Shown: positions 12,091 through 25,814, counted from the first letter of the stretch. The stretch: DNA of 64,000 nucleotides from Octopus vulgaris (GCA_951406725.2 OX597827.1:30752001-30816000); one strand, 5' to 3'. The notes: generated by a model not told the origin, from the sequence alone. Numbers and translations: made by a program.

Positions 12091-12425
12091 TAATATATGT
12101 GTCTGTTTGTCCCCCACCACTGTTTGGCAACCGGTATTGGTGTGGTTTTGCCCCAGCACTTTACAGTTCAGCAAAAGAGACCAATAGAACGAGTACTAGG
12201 TTTTAAGATAAAAATGTGTACTAGTGTCTATTCATTTGACTAAAAAGTCTTCAAAGTGGTGTCCCAGCATGGCCGCAGTTACTGTACCTGAAACAAGTAA
12301 AAGATGACACACTGAGCACAGATTAAGTTAAAAGAAATTCACATTAACCTCACCTGAAACTGGCTGATCTTTAAATTATATTTCCTACTTTGTTGCAACA
12401 TCAAACTAAAAGCCAGACTCTACAC

Positions 12426-12689
12426 CAGTAGTTCCCAAAGGGAACAGTATTGCCCCCCGGGTGGGTGGGAGTTCCAAGGGGGCACTGAAGAAAAGTAGGG
12501 TATTAGTGGGATAGCGGTTCATGTAAAAATTGGGGCAACAATAGGGTGGAAATTCATGTAAAAACAACAAAATAATGGGTTCCTGAGGTTAAATTTTATT
12601 TGTGAAATACAGTTGCTTTGAATTTGTTTCAGAAAGAGATCTATGATTGTGATGGGTGTCAAGTGGGGGGGGGGGGGGTGGAACCACTA
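12426..12689. mobile_element. hAT (Charlie-like) MITE
   Basis: Termini CAGTAGTTCCC / GGAACCACTA. Perfect 8-bp TSD CTCTACAC at 12418-12425 and 12690-12697. Confidence 0.88.
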
Positions 12690-14106
12690 CTCTACACTAA
12701 ATGTTCAATAAAATTCAATTGAGAAATTTACAAAATGCTATAATTTTCACACAAGATTATGAAGTTGTTTAGGTTCTATCTGGTAGTGGTGCCATGTGTA
12801 ACCTGTCTTATTTAGGTTTGGCTGGATGGCATCTGAATATTTTTTTCCACTGAATTTACTGGTTGAGGAACAGGTGTTGGCACCTAACAGGATTTAGAAA
12901 AATATGTTAAAGGGCAAAAGAGCTTCTGATAGAAACCAATGACTGCTCATAACTGAAAGGAAGACATGTGCCACCAACCTTTCTACATATTGAAACATAC
13001 ATTGTTGGACAATAACAGTCTCTTTAGGCTATAGATTTTGGATGGATGAACAAATGGATGGATATGAGATACAGTGGCTGAGTGGATAAGGTAGAGATTC
13101 CTAAATTCTTTTCTCTTGTGGATCTTAAGTTCATATCATGCTATTAGAATCTGTTAGTCACCATCATCATCGTCTTTAACAATCATTTTCCATGTTGGTA
13201 TGACTTAAACAGGTTGACAGGACCCAATGAGTAACAAGGTAGCACCAATTCCAGAGTCAGCTTCAGCTTCTACGACTGGATGCCCTTCTTAATGACAACT
13301 GTATTAGAGTGTACTGGGTGCCTTTTCTTTTTTTTTCATGCTACTAGCACAAGAGAAGTCATCAAACAATTTGCAAGACAGAAAAAATAACTGGGAAAAG
13401 AAAAAAGGAAAATGCTCTCACAACAAAGTGGGGAATACTTGAGAGGGAATATTTGCCAGGTGTTGAAAGGCTAAATTATGATAAAGGGAGAAGCACAGGT
13501 GTCTTGCTATAGAGGAGATATATGGCTACCCCACATTATATCTGTCACCTCAAAACGAATCAATGAGTTTCTATGTGGTGTCTGAATGTCTAAGCAGGTG
13601 CTGCTAATTTCCTTCAAATTATACCAGATCATCTTCAAAAAAAGGGTGGAGAGACAGAGTAGATAATATAAATATGGTTAGGATAGGGTACTATGCTAGA
13701 AAAAGATGGATGGCCATGACTGGAATGTTTTTAACCAACAACATCATTGTTCTTTATCCTGCAGCCTATTTTATCATACTAACAAGACTGAGATGATACT
13801 AGTCATTTGACCATTTAGGACATGGCCATAAAACCTACTCAGGTTAAGGCCATTATTTAGCAAGATTGACAGGAAGTATGACGATGATATCTTTATAACA
13901 TTCAGATATAAATTGCAAATATATTATTCTTATTTAAAGATTAGAATAAAAATAACAAGCAATCATATGAAAATATAATACACTCAAAAAGGTGGTGTGT
14001 GTGTGTACGTGCGCACATGTATGTGTGTGTATTCATGTGTATACATACATACATTCATATATATATTATATATATATGTCTGTGTGCGTATGTATATGTA
14101 TATATA

Positions 14107-14163
<57 letters not shown>

Positions 14164-14251
14164 ATACATATATTTATATAGAAAATAGGTATATATGCAT
14201 ATATATATATGTATACACATAGATACTCACAGACAGACACACATAAATATG

Positions 14252-14302
<51 letters not shown>

Positions 14303-14634
14303 ATATATATAAATGTGTATCTATGTGTGTGTCTGTGTGTGTGAGAGAATGTATATGAGTACATATATGGATTTAGAAATGAATGAAGAGAATTTATTTC
14401 TGTACTGATTATACTGTCAGATTATCCAAATTCTAATCTTTGATAATATCAGAGACGCCAGATCTTTCCATAAGAACCTAACATTACAGTTGCCCTAATC
14501 ATTAGAAAATTTCCAAAGTATATTCTGGACATATTCAAGACAGATTTTGATGTAATGTATTTCAATTGACTCTTTTGTATATGTGTGTATGTATGTGCGT
14601 GTGTGTGTGTATGTATGTGCGTGTGTGTGTGTGT

Positions 14635-14675
<41 letters not shown>

Positions 14676-15074
14676 GATAGATAGATAGATAGGTAGATAG
14701 ACAGAGATTAATGAGACTAATCACAATTTGAAAAAAAAAATCAACAAATGTTTAAATAGGGAAGCTTGATGTAGGATGTGACTAAGCGTTTATATGCTTC
14801 ATCAGTCATAAATTTATAAAGCATTTATTTTTGTAAGTCTTCTAACGCAATATATTTGTAATTTGTAAGCTGATACGATAAATACCACTGATTTGAATAT
14901 TCGATACAATAAACTATAATCACTGCAAATTGCTGACTACTCACCCCTACATTTAATCCTTCGGTTACATTATCTTAGTCTATAAATAAGAAAACACATG
15001 AAAAAACAATTTTTCTTAGTAGCAATGAAAGTATTAAAACAATTATTCTATGTAAGAAACATTATCATTATCAC

Positions 15075-15107
<33 letters not shown>

Positions 15108-15108
<1 letters not shown>

Positions 15109-15259
15109 GGCTGTGTTGTAGGTAGCTTGCTGACCAGCCATATGGTTCGGGGTTCAGTCCCACTGCATTGGCACCTTGGGCAAGTGTCTTCTACTATAGT
15201 CTCAGACCAACCAAAGCCTCATGAGTGGATTTGGTAGATGGAAACTGAAAGAAGCCTGT

Positions 15260-15262
<3 letters not shown>
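15108..15262 (+). mobile_element. SINE family A, 5' half
   Basis: A/B-box-like head and caccttgggcaagtgtcttctactatag core. It ends in the (TA)/(TATG) tract where the Tx1-like element begins. Confidence 0.8.
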
Positions 15263-15330
<68 letters not shown>

Positions 15331-15333
<3 letters not shown>

Positions 15334-18300
15334 GAAAGATTGCTCCACTTACAAACAGAGAGTGGAGGCGGAGAGAAAATCTCTACAACAACAACAACAG
15401 AAACAACAACAGCACAAAACACCTAAGGCTGCCACACCACCAACACCATCACCACCACCACGACGAACGACACCACCTCCAACAACCACCAAACCAACAC
15501 CAACCCCAACACCAAGACAACAACAAAAAAGGAAGAAGAATCACCGACACCGTCACCATCACCAACAGATACAGCAACACCACCCCGCTACCAGCAGAAC
15601 CAACAATTTTTCGCCCTGCTGCTGAAGCAGACCCGACAGCCATCCCCTTTCAGGATCAAGACAGCTCGGATTGTGTGAGCACTGATACAGAGAAAGGTGA
15701 ATGGCACACAGTGCCTCCGAAGAATAAGAGGAGGAAGAAGCAAAAAGATACACAGGGGAAGCACAAACAAATAGTGCTTCCCAACATCAACAACAACAAC
15801 AACACGCACTCACAACAACAAACAACAACACTTTCGACACCACTACTGCCACTGCCACACACACCAACACACACAGACACGATCACAGCCATAAACACAA
15901 AAAATGAAAAACTGGTTTCATATATAAAAGACAACACAAGTACAAACATTACAGATTTTATAATACCTACACACATCACACCACCAGCACACATTCTCAC
16001 CATCAAAATAAACCAAAAGACATACAGTGACATAAAAGAGAAATTCCCTAATGATGTCGGATCGCTAGGGAGAAGTTTCTCAAAGAAACTTTATAAAAAC
16101 ATAGTGGAAACACCCGTGCAAAAGCACAAAGGAGCCACCCCCACCACCACCAACAACAGTAAGTAGAGCCTTTTTCTCCTTTTTTTTCTGTCACCTATTG
16201 AGACATGGCAAAACTTAGAATCGGTTGCTTGAATGTGAGAGGCCTCGGGTCACCTTGGAAACAGGGTCACCTGTTAAACGACCTGAGGTTTCACAGTGTG
16301 GATGTAGCAGCTATTAGTGAAACCAGGCTCTCTGACCCGCAAGAACTTGCAGCCCTTTTCAGCGGATACGAGATCTTTCTATCTCCGTGTCGGCCGGGAG
16401 TGGGCGGTGGTGGTACTGCGGTGTTGTTTCGGAATGGCCTGGACTTGAAAATAAGGACAGTCTTCCTGGATCCAGAAGGTAAGTTGGTGGTCCTCGACGT
16501 AGACAGTAGTGACGGCGGTGCTTTCAGACTGTTGGCTGCCTACGCTCCGACAGGAGCAGGGCAGTCGGATTATTTCAATCATCTGGAAGTTTTCCTGGGA
16601 ACGTCACGCACTCTAGTGCTAGTTGGGAATTGGAATGCTGTCTTAGACGAACGTTTCGATCGGGTGGGCATCTGATAGGAGAGAGGGGTGCAAGAGCCTC
16701 GCCAACCTACTCGGGCACTTTCAGCTGTCTGACAGGTTTCGACTAGACAACCCGAATGTGCCAATGTGGACCTGGACGGCCTACCGCAGCTCTCGGACAG
16801 CGAGGCAGAGTGCTGCAAAGGACCCATATCTGCCTGGGAAGTGGAGGAAGCAATGAAGAGTTGCATGAGAGGTAGATTGCCGAGTTTGGATGGTCTGCCC
16901 AACGAGCTTTACACTTCAATGCCAGACTTGTTAGCAGGCCTGTTGGCAAACGTCTACTGTAACTGGCAGCAAAACGGGAGAATTCCTGCTTTTGTCTGTC
17001 GAGGGGTGGTGGCTTTGCTGAGAAAAGACCCAAACAAGGGGGACGTTATAGGGAATTTTCGGCCCATCACTCTGCTCAATGCAGAGTTGAAGATTTTGGC
17101 CAAGGTGCTAGTCAAGAGATTGGCGCTTGTCGTGGACAAGCTAGTTGGCAAGATGCAGACATGCGCCATACCGACCAGGTCGATACACGACAATCTCCAT
17201 CTCATGCGCTACATGATAGAGAGGGTGGGTAACGACACTGGCGCGTGTGGGCTTTGATCAATTTAGATCAGAGTAAAGCCTTCGATAGAGTCGACCATCG
17301 GTACCTGGCAGCTGTTCTCAAGGCAGCCGGCTTCAGTCCAGTCTTCCGCGGGTGGATCACTGCTTTATACAGCAACATCTACTCGGTGATACGGGTGAAT
17401 GGTCACCTTTCGGAACCGTTTGACATCTCGCGTTCAGTCTGCCAGGGATGCCCTCTCTCCTCCCTCTTATACGTATTGACTCTCGAACCATTACTGCGCA
17501 AGTTGGAGGCTTTGAGGGGTATCCCGTGCGATCTAGGAGATGGAAACAGCGTGTCTGCCTATGCCGACGACGTCACCGTGATGGTGTCGAGCCACAGGCA
17601 CATTGACCTGATTGGTGAGACGCTAAACGAGTACGAAGCGGTGACAGATTAACACGGAAAAGTCTGTGGGCTTGCAACTGGGCACCTGGAGAGGCAAGCC
17701 CATGCTGTCCAACAGCATTGTAGGGCACTGGACAAACTGACCCGTTAAACTGCTCAGGTTCTGGTTCGGTCCGGACCTTCAGGTGGATAAAAACTGGGAA
17801 GAAGTGATGAGCAGGGTGGCCAAACTCACCCAGAAATGGGCTGAGAGGAAGCTGTCCCTGAAAGGTTGAGCGGAGGTGGTGAATGCGTACATCGCATCCG
17901 TCATCTATTACCGCTTGACCATCGTCCCTTGTCCCGACCGCTGGTTGGCCAAGCTGGTATGCCTGCTCTTCGATTTTTTGTGGAAGGGTCAGATACCACT
18001 GGTCAGGCAATCCATCTGCTGTCAACGACCGCTGAACGGAGGCCTTGGCATGCCGTGGTTACTGATGCGCAGACATATGCTCAGGCTGCGACATCTCAAA
18101 ACTCTAGGCGTTGATGATAACGAACTGAGCGGTCTGTTCGGAAGGACTTTCGGGCCAGGGCCAATGGATAATTTCCAGAGGTCGCTCGCCTGGCAGTGCT
18201 ACCGAGGGGCTCTGCCTGTTCAGGATAAAGTCTACCGGCACGGAAGTGCCATCAGCCGGGCCTGCCCGAGGTGTTGCCAGGACGACGAAACTGTTCTGCA

Positions 18301-18962
18301 TGCACTCGTCCAGTGCCCGAGTATTGCTGAACTATGGGTTTATGTCGAACAGCTACTGTCACGTATAGGACGGATCTGGCTATCAGCTGAATCCATAGTG
18401 AAGATTGCCCCGCCGACCTCCTTTAACAAGGAGGGCAATGCCGTTTTCCTGTGCCTAGTGGCTGTGGCGAAAGAGGTTATATGGTGGACCCATTTGAAAG
18501 GGCTAAAGTCAAACATTTTCCTCTTTGGTCAAGGCCTCATCAACTTTTTCAAGTTTCACTTGAAAAGGAAGATGAGGTTAGAGAGGAGAGTGCTGTCTGA
18601 TAGCAAGTTTTCTGAAAGGTGGGTGAATTGTGCAAGAATGGCCAGTATAAATGGACCAATTCTGAAGTTTTGCCTGTAATTGAAAAAGGTATTATAAAAG
18701 GAGAAAGGGGCTCTCTACCCCACTTTTGACCAGGCTCCCATGGCTTTTATGGGTTTTTCCATGTGAGACCTTTTCTTTTTTCGAAGCGTCTCCTCTATTG
18801 GGAGTATTGTAAATTGTTGAATTTTTTCGTTGTTGTAAAGCTTGTTTACACGGACTTTTTTCTTTTGAAAAATGGACAAAACCTTTTGTAACCTTTCGTC
18901 CTGTTTTGTCCCTTTATGTTTTCCAATCATGTGTGTCAGCCCTTGTGGTCAATAAAAAGAAT
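15331..18962 (+). mobile_element. Tx1/L1-clade LINE, 5'-truncated and internally deleted
   Basis: A putative ORF1 remnant (Pro/Thr/Gln-rich, ending 16166) is followed by ORF2 from 16205, a U-rich 3'UTR and AATAAA at 18951, then (TCG)(TCA)(TTA) repeats. Confidence 0.88.
16205..18679 (+). pseudogene. Tx1/L1 ORF2: APE endonuclease, reverse transcriptase and C-terminal CCHC finger (disrupted)
   Basis: APE motifs CLNVRGL, ISETRL and VGNWNAVL. RT motifs NFRPITLLN, LDQSKAFDRV, QGCPLS and YADDV. Zinc knuckle CPRC...H...C. Several stops and frameshifts, with apparent deletions near 16775 and 18105. Confidence 0.92.
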
Positions 18963-19008
18963 TTGTCGTCGTCGTCTTTATCATCATCATCATCATCATT
19001 ATTATTAT

Positions 19009-19567
19009 TGAGTGAGAGAGCAGTGCATGCCATCAAAGTGACACTGGGGTAAAATATACGAAGCCCAGTATACCTATCATGACTACCCGTCTGATAAGGG
19101 TACACCAGGCACATGCATCACAACCATATGTGCGTGACATGATGATCTCATATCAAGATAAACAGCACATGACCTTGTAGGTGGGACCCAGTTAGAATTT
19201 TCTTCTGGTCGAGTAACCCATCCTGCTCAAAAGGTCCCTGAGTAACGGTTGTTTAAGGATGTTGAACGAAACACCCATGTTTCCAGAGGTGAATTATTCA
19301 AACCCCAAAGAATCCCTCTCAACACATGACTATGATACTCCCCCACTACTTCTGCTCGTGATCAGAGATGCACATATCGTCAGCCACTAAGGGACATGCT
19401 CAACTGGTTAAGGTCAAACAACTGACAAGCAAATCTGTGGTATTGAGCAGAATATTTGCTGTAGCCCATCTTTTATACCAAGACAAAACAATGTACATGA
19501 TAACACTTCCAATCAGTTAAGATCAGAAGCCATGAGAACCACTGCCTGGTACTGCATCAGGGCATTT
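19009..19567. mobile_element. Unclassified ~560-bp non-coding element between ATT/ATC microsatellites
   Basis: A complex, higher-GC block with sharp boundaries at trinucleotide tracts on both sides. No ORF or TIR is visible. Single copy in this window. Confidence 0.45.
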
Positions 19568-19608
<41 letters not shown>

Positions 19609-19632
19609 TATTATTATTATTATTATTATTAT

Positions 19633-20460
19633 TAAGGAGGCAAGTTGGCAGAATTGTTAGCATGCTGGATGAAATGCTCAGCAGTATTTCACCCGTTGCT
19701 ATGTTCTGAGTTCAAATTCCACCAAGGTTAACTTTGTCTTTCCTCCTGTCGGGGTTGATGAAATAAGTACCAGTTATGAACTGGGATTGATATAATCGAG
19801 TAGCCTCCTTCCCCAAAATTTCAGGCCTTGTACCATTAGTAGAAAGGATTATTATTAAGGTTGCAAGCTAGCAGGAGTGTCAGCATGCCAAGCAAAACAG
19901 TTTCGTCTGTTGTTACATTCTGAGTTCAAATTCTCCGCTGGGGTTGACTTTGTCTTTTATTCCTTCAGTGGTTGGTAAAATAAGTACCAGCTGAGTAGTA
20001 GAGCAATGTTATTGACTTCTATTTCCCTCGTCCCCTCAAAAAACTGCTGGTCCTGAGCCAAAATTTGAAATTAATATTATTATTATTATGGCAGACTGGT
20101 AGAACCATTAGAGCATCAGTCAAAATGCTTAGTGACATTTCTTCAGGCTCATTACATTCTGGGTTCAAATTCCACTAATGTTGAATTTGCCTTTCATACA
20201 TTTGGAGGGGGGGGGGGGGCAATGAAAAAGTACCAGTCTTGCACTGGGGTCTATGTCCATGTTTTTCTTAATGTAAACCTTTGTAGTTAATAAAGAAATC
20301 ATTATCATCATCATCATCATCATTATTATTATTATTATTATTATTCTTTCATCCTCTCGGGATCGATAAATTAAGTACCAGTGAAACACTGGGGTCGATA
20401 GAATCAACTGGTCCCCTTCCCCAAAATCTCAGGCCTTGTGTCTTTAGTGGAAGGGTTATT
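19633..20460 (+). mobile_element. Head-to-tail array of about four SINE family B copies separated by (ATT)n
   Basis: Units at about 19633-19850, 19856-20075, 20090-20250 and 20345-20458 share gttcaaattc...tttcatcc...aagtaccag. The central part resembles the Meta-type SINE domain (from memory). Confidence 0.8.
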
Positions 20461-20786
20461 ATCATCATCATCATCATCATCATCATTATATATCCCCCCC
20501 CACCACACACACATGCTAACAGAATCAGAAGAGACATAGATGAATTGCTTTGCAGTATTAAGTTGAATACCTTTTCAAGGTCGACTTTGTTTTTCATTCT
20601 AAGAGCAGGTGAGTGCAACTGAAATAAGAACCAGTTGACCCTTTTTCACCATATTTCTATTGAGACATGATTAAAATATTAATTGTTAGGTCAACTTCAG
20701 TGAAATTTGAACTCACAACATAAAGCTGTAAGAGATGCCACTAAACCCTTTTGTCTGGAAATAATTCTGCCAGCTTACTGCCTTAC

Positions 20787-20839
<53 letters not shown>

Positions 20840-21019
20840 GCGATGGCAATGGCGATGGCGATGACGATGACGATGATGATGACGATGATGATGAAATGAT
20901 AAAAACTGGTGGGAACACAAACCACCTCCAGTGCTTGAAAATGAACACATACCACTCCTTTGAAATTTCACTGTTCAAACTGACAGAAAGACAGATGCAA
21001 ATAGGCCAAATATTATATT

Positions 21020-21235
21020 GAAAGACTTCAGATGAAAATCATGCCTCCTCATTGATATGACTGTCTCAATTAATATATACAATCTGTCAAGACCTACCAA
21101 AAACTGAGCAAGTATAAAGATATTGAAATAGAAATTGGCAAAATGTGGAACCTGAAGACTAAAACAATACCTGTTGTCATAGGTGCCCTAGGAATGATAG
21201 CAAAAGGAGCTGATTGCTACCTAGCTCAGATACCA
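21020..21235 (+). mobile_element. R4/Dong-like RLE LINE fragment
   Basis: Translates to KLSKYKDIEIEIGKMWNLKTKTIPVVIGALGMI, homologous to 25339-25629. Confidence 0.8.
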
Positions 21236-21478
21236 GGTAGCATGGCAGTTCGCACACATGCGTCGTACAATCTATCTTTCATTCTGAGTGAGAAACCCTT
21301 GCATGCCAGCAGGGGAAGAAGCTTTCTAAACTTTACCCAGGCTATTCTTATTCTAGTGGTGACACTCACTGAGCATCCACCTCCACTACTAACTTGGTCA
21401 CCTAGGTAGCGGAAGCTATCAACTACTTCTAGTTTCTCCCCTTGGAGTGTGATGGAATCTGTTTTCTGATTATCTGTG
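21236..21478 (-). mobile_element. RTE LINE internal RT fragment
   Basis: Translates to EKLEVVDSFRYLGDQVSSGGGC...RLYDACVRTAML, same family as 10010-11686. Confidence 0.88.
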
Positions 21479-21770
21479 GTGGCAATCACCACTGTCATCG
21501 TCGTTGTCATCATTGTCATCATCATAATCATCATCATGGTTGGATAGATTGACAAGATCCAACATGGCCAAAGACTACAACATGGTTTCTATGGCTGGAT
21601 ACCCTTCCTACACAATATAACTGGGGTAAAGGTTAAGAGTTTTGCAGTGAACATAAGTCCTGGTTTAAATTTTGCATTTTATATAAAATTACAGATAAAT
21701 AAAGTTAAAATGACCTTGATTCATCAACTAATATCATCTCAGAGAAATACATATTACATACATACATACA

Positions 21771-22165
21771 AGGTACAAGCATGACTGTGTGGTTAAGAAA
21801 TTTGCTTCCCAACCACATGGTTTCAGGTTCAATTCCACTGCATGGCACCTTGGGCAAGTGTTTTCTATTGTAGCCTTGTAAGTGGATTTGGTTGATGGAA
21901 ACAGAAAGAAGTCTGCCATATATATAAAGGTGTGAATGTGTGTGTGTGTGTCTTTGTGCCTACGTTTGTTCCTCACATCTGCTTGACAACAGGTGTTGGT
22001 TTGTTCACATCCCTGTAACCTAGGGATTTGGCAAAAGAGATTGATAGGATTGGTACCAGGCTTAAAAAAATGAAAAGTACTGAGTTGATTTATTCAACTA
22101 AAAGTTCTTCAAGGTGGTGCTCCAGCATGACCCCAGTCTAATAACTGAAATAAGTAAAACATAAA
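21771..22165 (+). mobile_element. SINE family A, full length
   Basis: Colinear with 59231-59617. Confidence 0.85.
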
Positions 22166-24134
22166 AGACATACCTCCCCCACACACAGAGACTTGACTGG
22201 ATATATATTTTCTTAGACAAAATAATAATGTAGTTATTAATCCCGACACTGGTTTGAGCAAATCTAGAGTTTCTGAAAATAACGTAAGGTTAAAGATGGA
22301 ATAGTGAGACACAAACAAAGGTGTCTTGATGCAGTTGTTTGTCTGTTAGAAATAGCAACAAAAACTATCTCAAATCATATTTTTAAGTTTTAAGAGAGGA
22401 AGGACACACTGAGCAATATGGTTCAACATATTTTGTCTAGAAAGAAAAAAAATTGACTGGATGATCATTATTTTGATCATAAATCTGCTCCATCTAGGCT
22501 GACTCAGGAGTAAACAAAAAAACAAAAAACAACAAAAGGAAGACTGTCAATGCAGAAACTTCAAATATGGTCATTCGACTTGCTAGAAACAGCAGCTGAA
22601 TATTTTACAAATCACAACCTACCATCTTAAAAAAAAAAAGGACAAAAACAGGATGGTCATAGTTGGAGTGCCTTGGATCATACGCCTGCTTCAATGGGGA
22701 TGGCCTAGGGATAAGTGACAACAGATACAACAACAAAGAGATGATGAATAGATCAAATATCCATGGAAAGAAATTTGATATGTAAACCCATTAAGGCTTC
22801 TTTATAAAGCAAGGCTGCAGTTAATCAACTGCTCTTAATACAGGCTACTTATGAGTCATAGGTGGCTAAGTAGAACTAGACAAGAGCTTCTTTGGCTACT
22901 AGAGAGTGTAGGATGTTTAGGATTGCTTCATCTCATCAATGATGATAATAGAAGAGAGTCATCACACTGTGTAGAAAAAGGATGAAATCTGGAGCAGAGA
23001 AGAGAAAGAAGCTGACTGAAGTTGTGTACATTCGAAGAAAAGAACCGTTGCCCCCTCCCCCCCCACCACCACCATTAAGCTGTTGAAGATAAATTAGGAT
23101 GTGATAGCAACTAGCAACTTGTGAATTAATATTTTACCTTCTTTATTAGTGAACTGACTTTTGCACCACATCATCATCATCATTGTCAACATTATCGTCA
23201 TAGTTATTGTCATCATCATGATTGTCATCGTCATCATGATCGTCATCACCATGATCATCATCATCGTCATCATCATGATTGTCATCATCATCATCATCAT
23301 TGTTATCACTGTCATCATCGTCATCCTCATCATTGTCATCATCATCATAATCAACTCTGTATGGTTATCTCATCAGGAAAGGGGATCTTTTCTATTCTGA
23401 AGGGAGAAAGATTGATGAAAAATTGGCGACAGGAAGAGCATTGGCCAAAAGACATCTACCTCAATAAATTCCATCTGACCCATGCAAACATGGAAAAGTG
23501 GGTGATAAACTATGGTGGTGATGATGAATAGTCTCAGAAATCATCTCGTCACTTGAATACAAACCTACAGTTTAAAAGCTTGTGTTCCTACAGCCAATAC
23601 CCCTCCAACTCTGACTGTGGCCCTTTTGTAGCTGGAAGTTTTTATGTAGCTTAGAGAGTTAACCCTACAGTTTACTGTGAGGCATAGCATTCCTTGAATA
23701 ATTACATGAAGGAGATAGGTTCTTTTTTGTTTTCTTTTTTTACCACTGCTTAAGTTGCAATGGGTTTATCTGGAACTCTGTAGTTTCCAATGTAAAATTT
23801 TTATCCATGAGAAACATCAAATAATTCATTACTGCCAAATTATAAAGTTACCACTTTCAGTAATCGTATACTACATGCATAGCCGGCTGACATCAATGAA
23901 AGAGAGAGATTGTCTTACAAATTATCATATAAATCTAAGTCACTTCATGTATCTCGCCATTAGAAGCTGAAAGATAAAATTTCTCTAAATTTCCTTCTCA
24001 TGAAATAAGCCAGAAAGAGCGAACAAAGACTAGAGATGATACAGTATGGTTAAGCATTCGTTAAATGGTACCCATGATATAAACGATGTGAAGGTTAGTT
24101 TAAACATGAGGATACGCGGTGAAGATGATCTATT

Positions 24135-24345
24135 ATTGTTTAATCCCTGGTCAGCACTACTTGGGTAGATCTATGATAAAAGGCATTCTAGCTGTGTCAC
24201 CCAGAGTTTGTTTTTTTTTTATCTGTATCAGACTATTTTATTTAATGCATTCTTTCTTTCTTGAAAACAGACAAGAATGTGATTTGAGGGAAATTTGGCT
24301 GCTATTTCTAGTAGGATCAATAACCATAAAGAGATTCCTTCATTG
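24135..24345 (+). repeat. Unclassified dispersed repeat (family E)
   Basis: Motifs tatgat.aaaggcattc.agc...gatttgag..a.atttggctgctatttctag recur in either orientation near 1750-1885, 13590-13740, 22340-22520, 22570-22720, 24420-24590, 51120-51290, 61600-61670 and 62970-63135. Confidence 0.65.
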
Positions 24346-24907
24346 GCTTGCAATGAGGATAAGTAATGTGAGGAACTGAAAAAATTCAAAGCTGGTAAAT
24401 GAAGCAGAGAATTAGTAACAGACATGATTGAAGGCATTCCTGTCAAGGCTACCCTGTCATTTTTTTCTAGACAAAGTTTATCTAAGATTACATTGTCCAA
24501 TGTGCCCAGTTTTTTTAGAAATAGAGATAACAGATGAGGGCCTGAGAGATGTGGCAGCTACTTCTAACAGGCCAAGCAACTGCATAGAGTTTCTGTTGTT
24601 AGCTTGAGTGAAATAGTGAGGGAATGGAACTTTACAAGGGATGGTGATAACGATAATGAAGATGATGTTGATGATGATAATAATTGTTTCTAATTTTGGC
24701 ACAAGGCCAGTAATTTTAGAAGGAGAGGGTTTGCCAATTAAATCCAAGTGCTGAACTGGTACTTATTTTATTGGCCCCCAAAAGAATAAAGGGTACAGGT
24801 GACATTGATGGGATTTGAAATCACAACATAGAAAGCCTGAATGAATGCCGTAAAGCATCTTTTTTCTGGTGCTCTAAGGATTCTGTCACTCCATCACCCT
24901 AATAATA

Positions 24908-25216
24908 ACCCTGGTTATGGAAAATGAAGAAAGTGAAGATAGTGCCAATTATTGTTGGGTCCTTGGGAACAGTATAAGAAGGCATATAAAGGAAATATAA
25001 AGGAAATTGGATATATAAAGAGGAATATAAAGGAAATTAGAATAGAGTGCCCAGTAGAACTGTAACAAAAGGTTTGCTTCCTTGGCAAGGCCAAAATAAT
25101 CAGGTAAGTATTAGATGCGGAAAAGAACGAATGGCATAGCACTGTAGGCTGCAGGTAGTCAGCCCACTATGCATACAAGACTCCAGGAGCTCCAGCAAAA
25201 CCGGTGATAAAGAGAA

Positions 25217-25217
<1 letters not shown>
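24908..25217 (+). mobile_element. R4/Dong-like LINE 3' end (second subfamily) in (AAT)n
   Basis: Translates to LWKMKKVKIVPIIVGSLG...QKVCFLGKAKIIR, followed by a short 3'UTR running into (AAT)n. Confidence 0.65.
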
Positions 25218-25245
<28 letters not shown>

Positions 25246-25247
<2 letters not shown>

Positions 25248-25791
25248 CCAACATTATGGAATAACAACAGAAAAAAGATGGTATAGGCACACACCAGAAA
25301 AGGTCACAGAAAACGAGAAAGCAACCATACTCTGGGATATGCCGATACACACAGATAGAGAAATTAAGGCCAACAGGCCAGATATAGTTGTCAGAGATCA
25401 TGAAGAAAAAAAATGCTTTCTAATTGATGTATCAATCCCGGCAGATGACAACGTGTCTCTAAAAGAAATGGAGAAACTCTCAAAATACAAAGACCTGGAA
25501 ATAGAGGTAACCAGAATGTGGAACCTAGAAACAGAAACAATTCCTATCATAGTAGGTGCATTAGGCATGATAAAAAAAATATTCAGACAAATACATAGCA
25601 AAAACACCAGGACTTACAAACACATATAACATACAGAAAATTGCACTACTAGGCACTGCACACATCCTACGCAGAACACTTTCCATACAATAACCATCAG
25701 AGCATCACAACAAATCACAGTACATACCCAAGGCACACAGAGCTGCGCTCGGTAGTGAAGTGAAAGCATGCTATAAAAATAAAACTACTGA
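25246..25791 (+). mobile_element. R4/Dong-clade LINE 3' fragment with restriction-like endonuclease
   Basis: Translates to ILWDMPIHTDREIKANRPDIVV...FLIDVSIP...EKLSKYKDL (PD-(D/E) RLE motif). Flanked by (AAT)n on both sides, the known Dong target. Confidence 0.9.
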
Positions 25792-25814
25792 ATGATAATA
25801 ATAATAATAATAAT

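Noticed and set aside
19633-20460. Regularly spaced repeats resembling a CRISPR array
   Set aside because: The units are ~200-bp SINEs in eukaryotic DNA, with no repeat-spacer structure and no cas genes.
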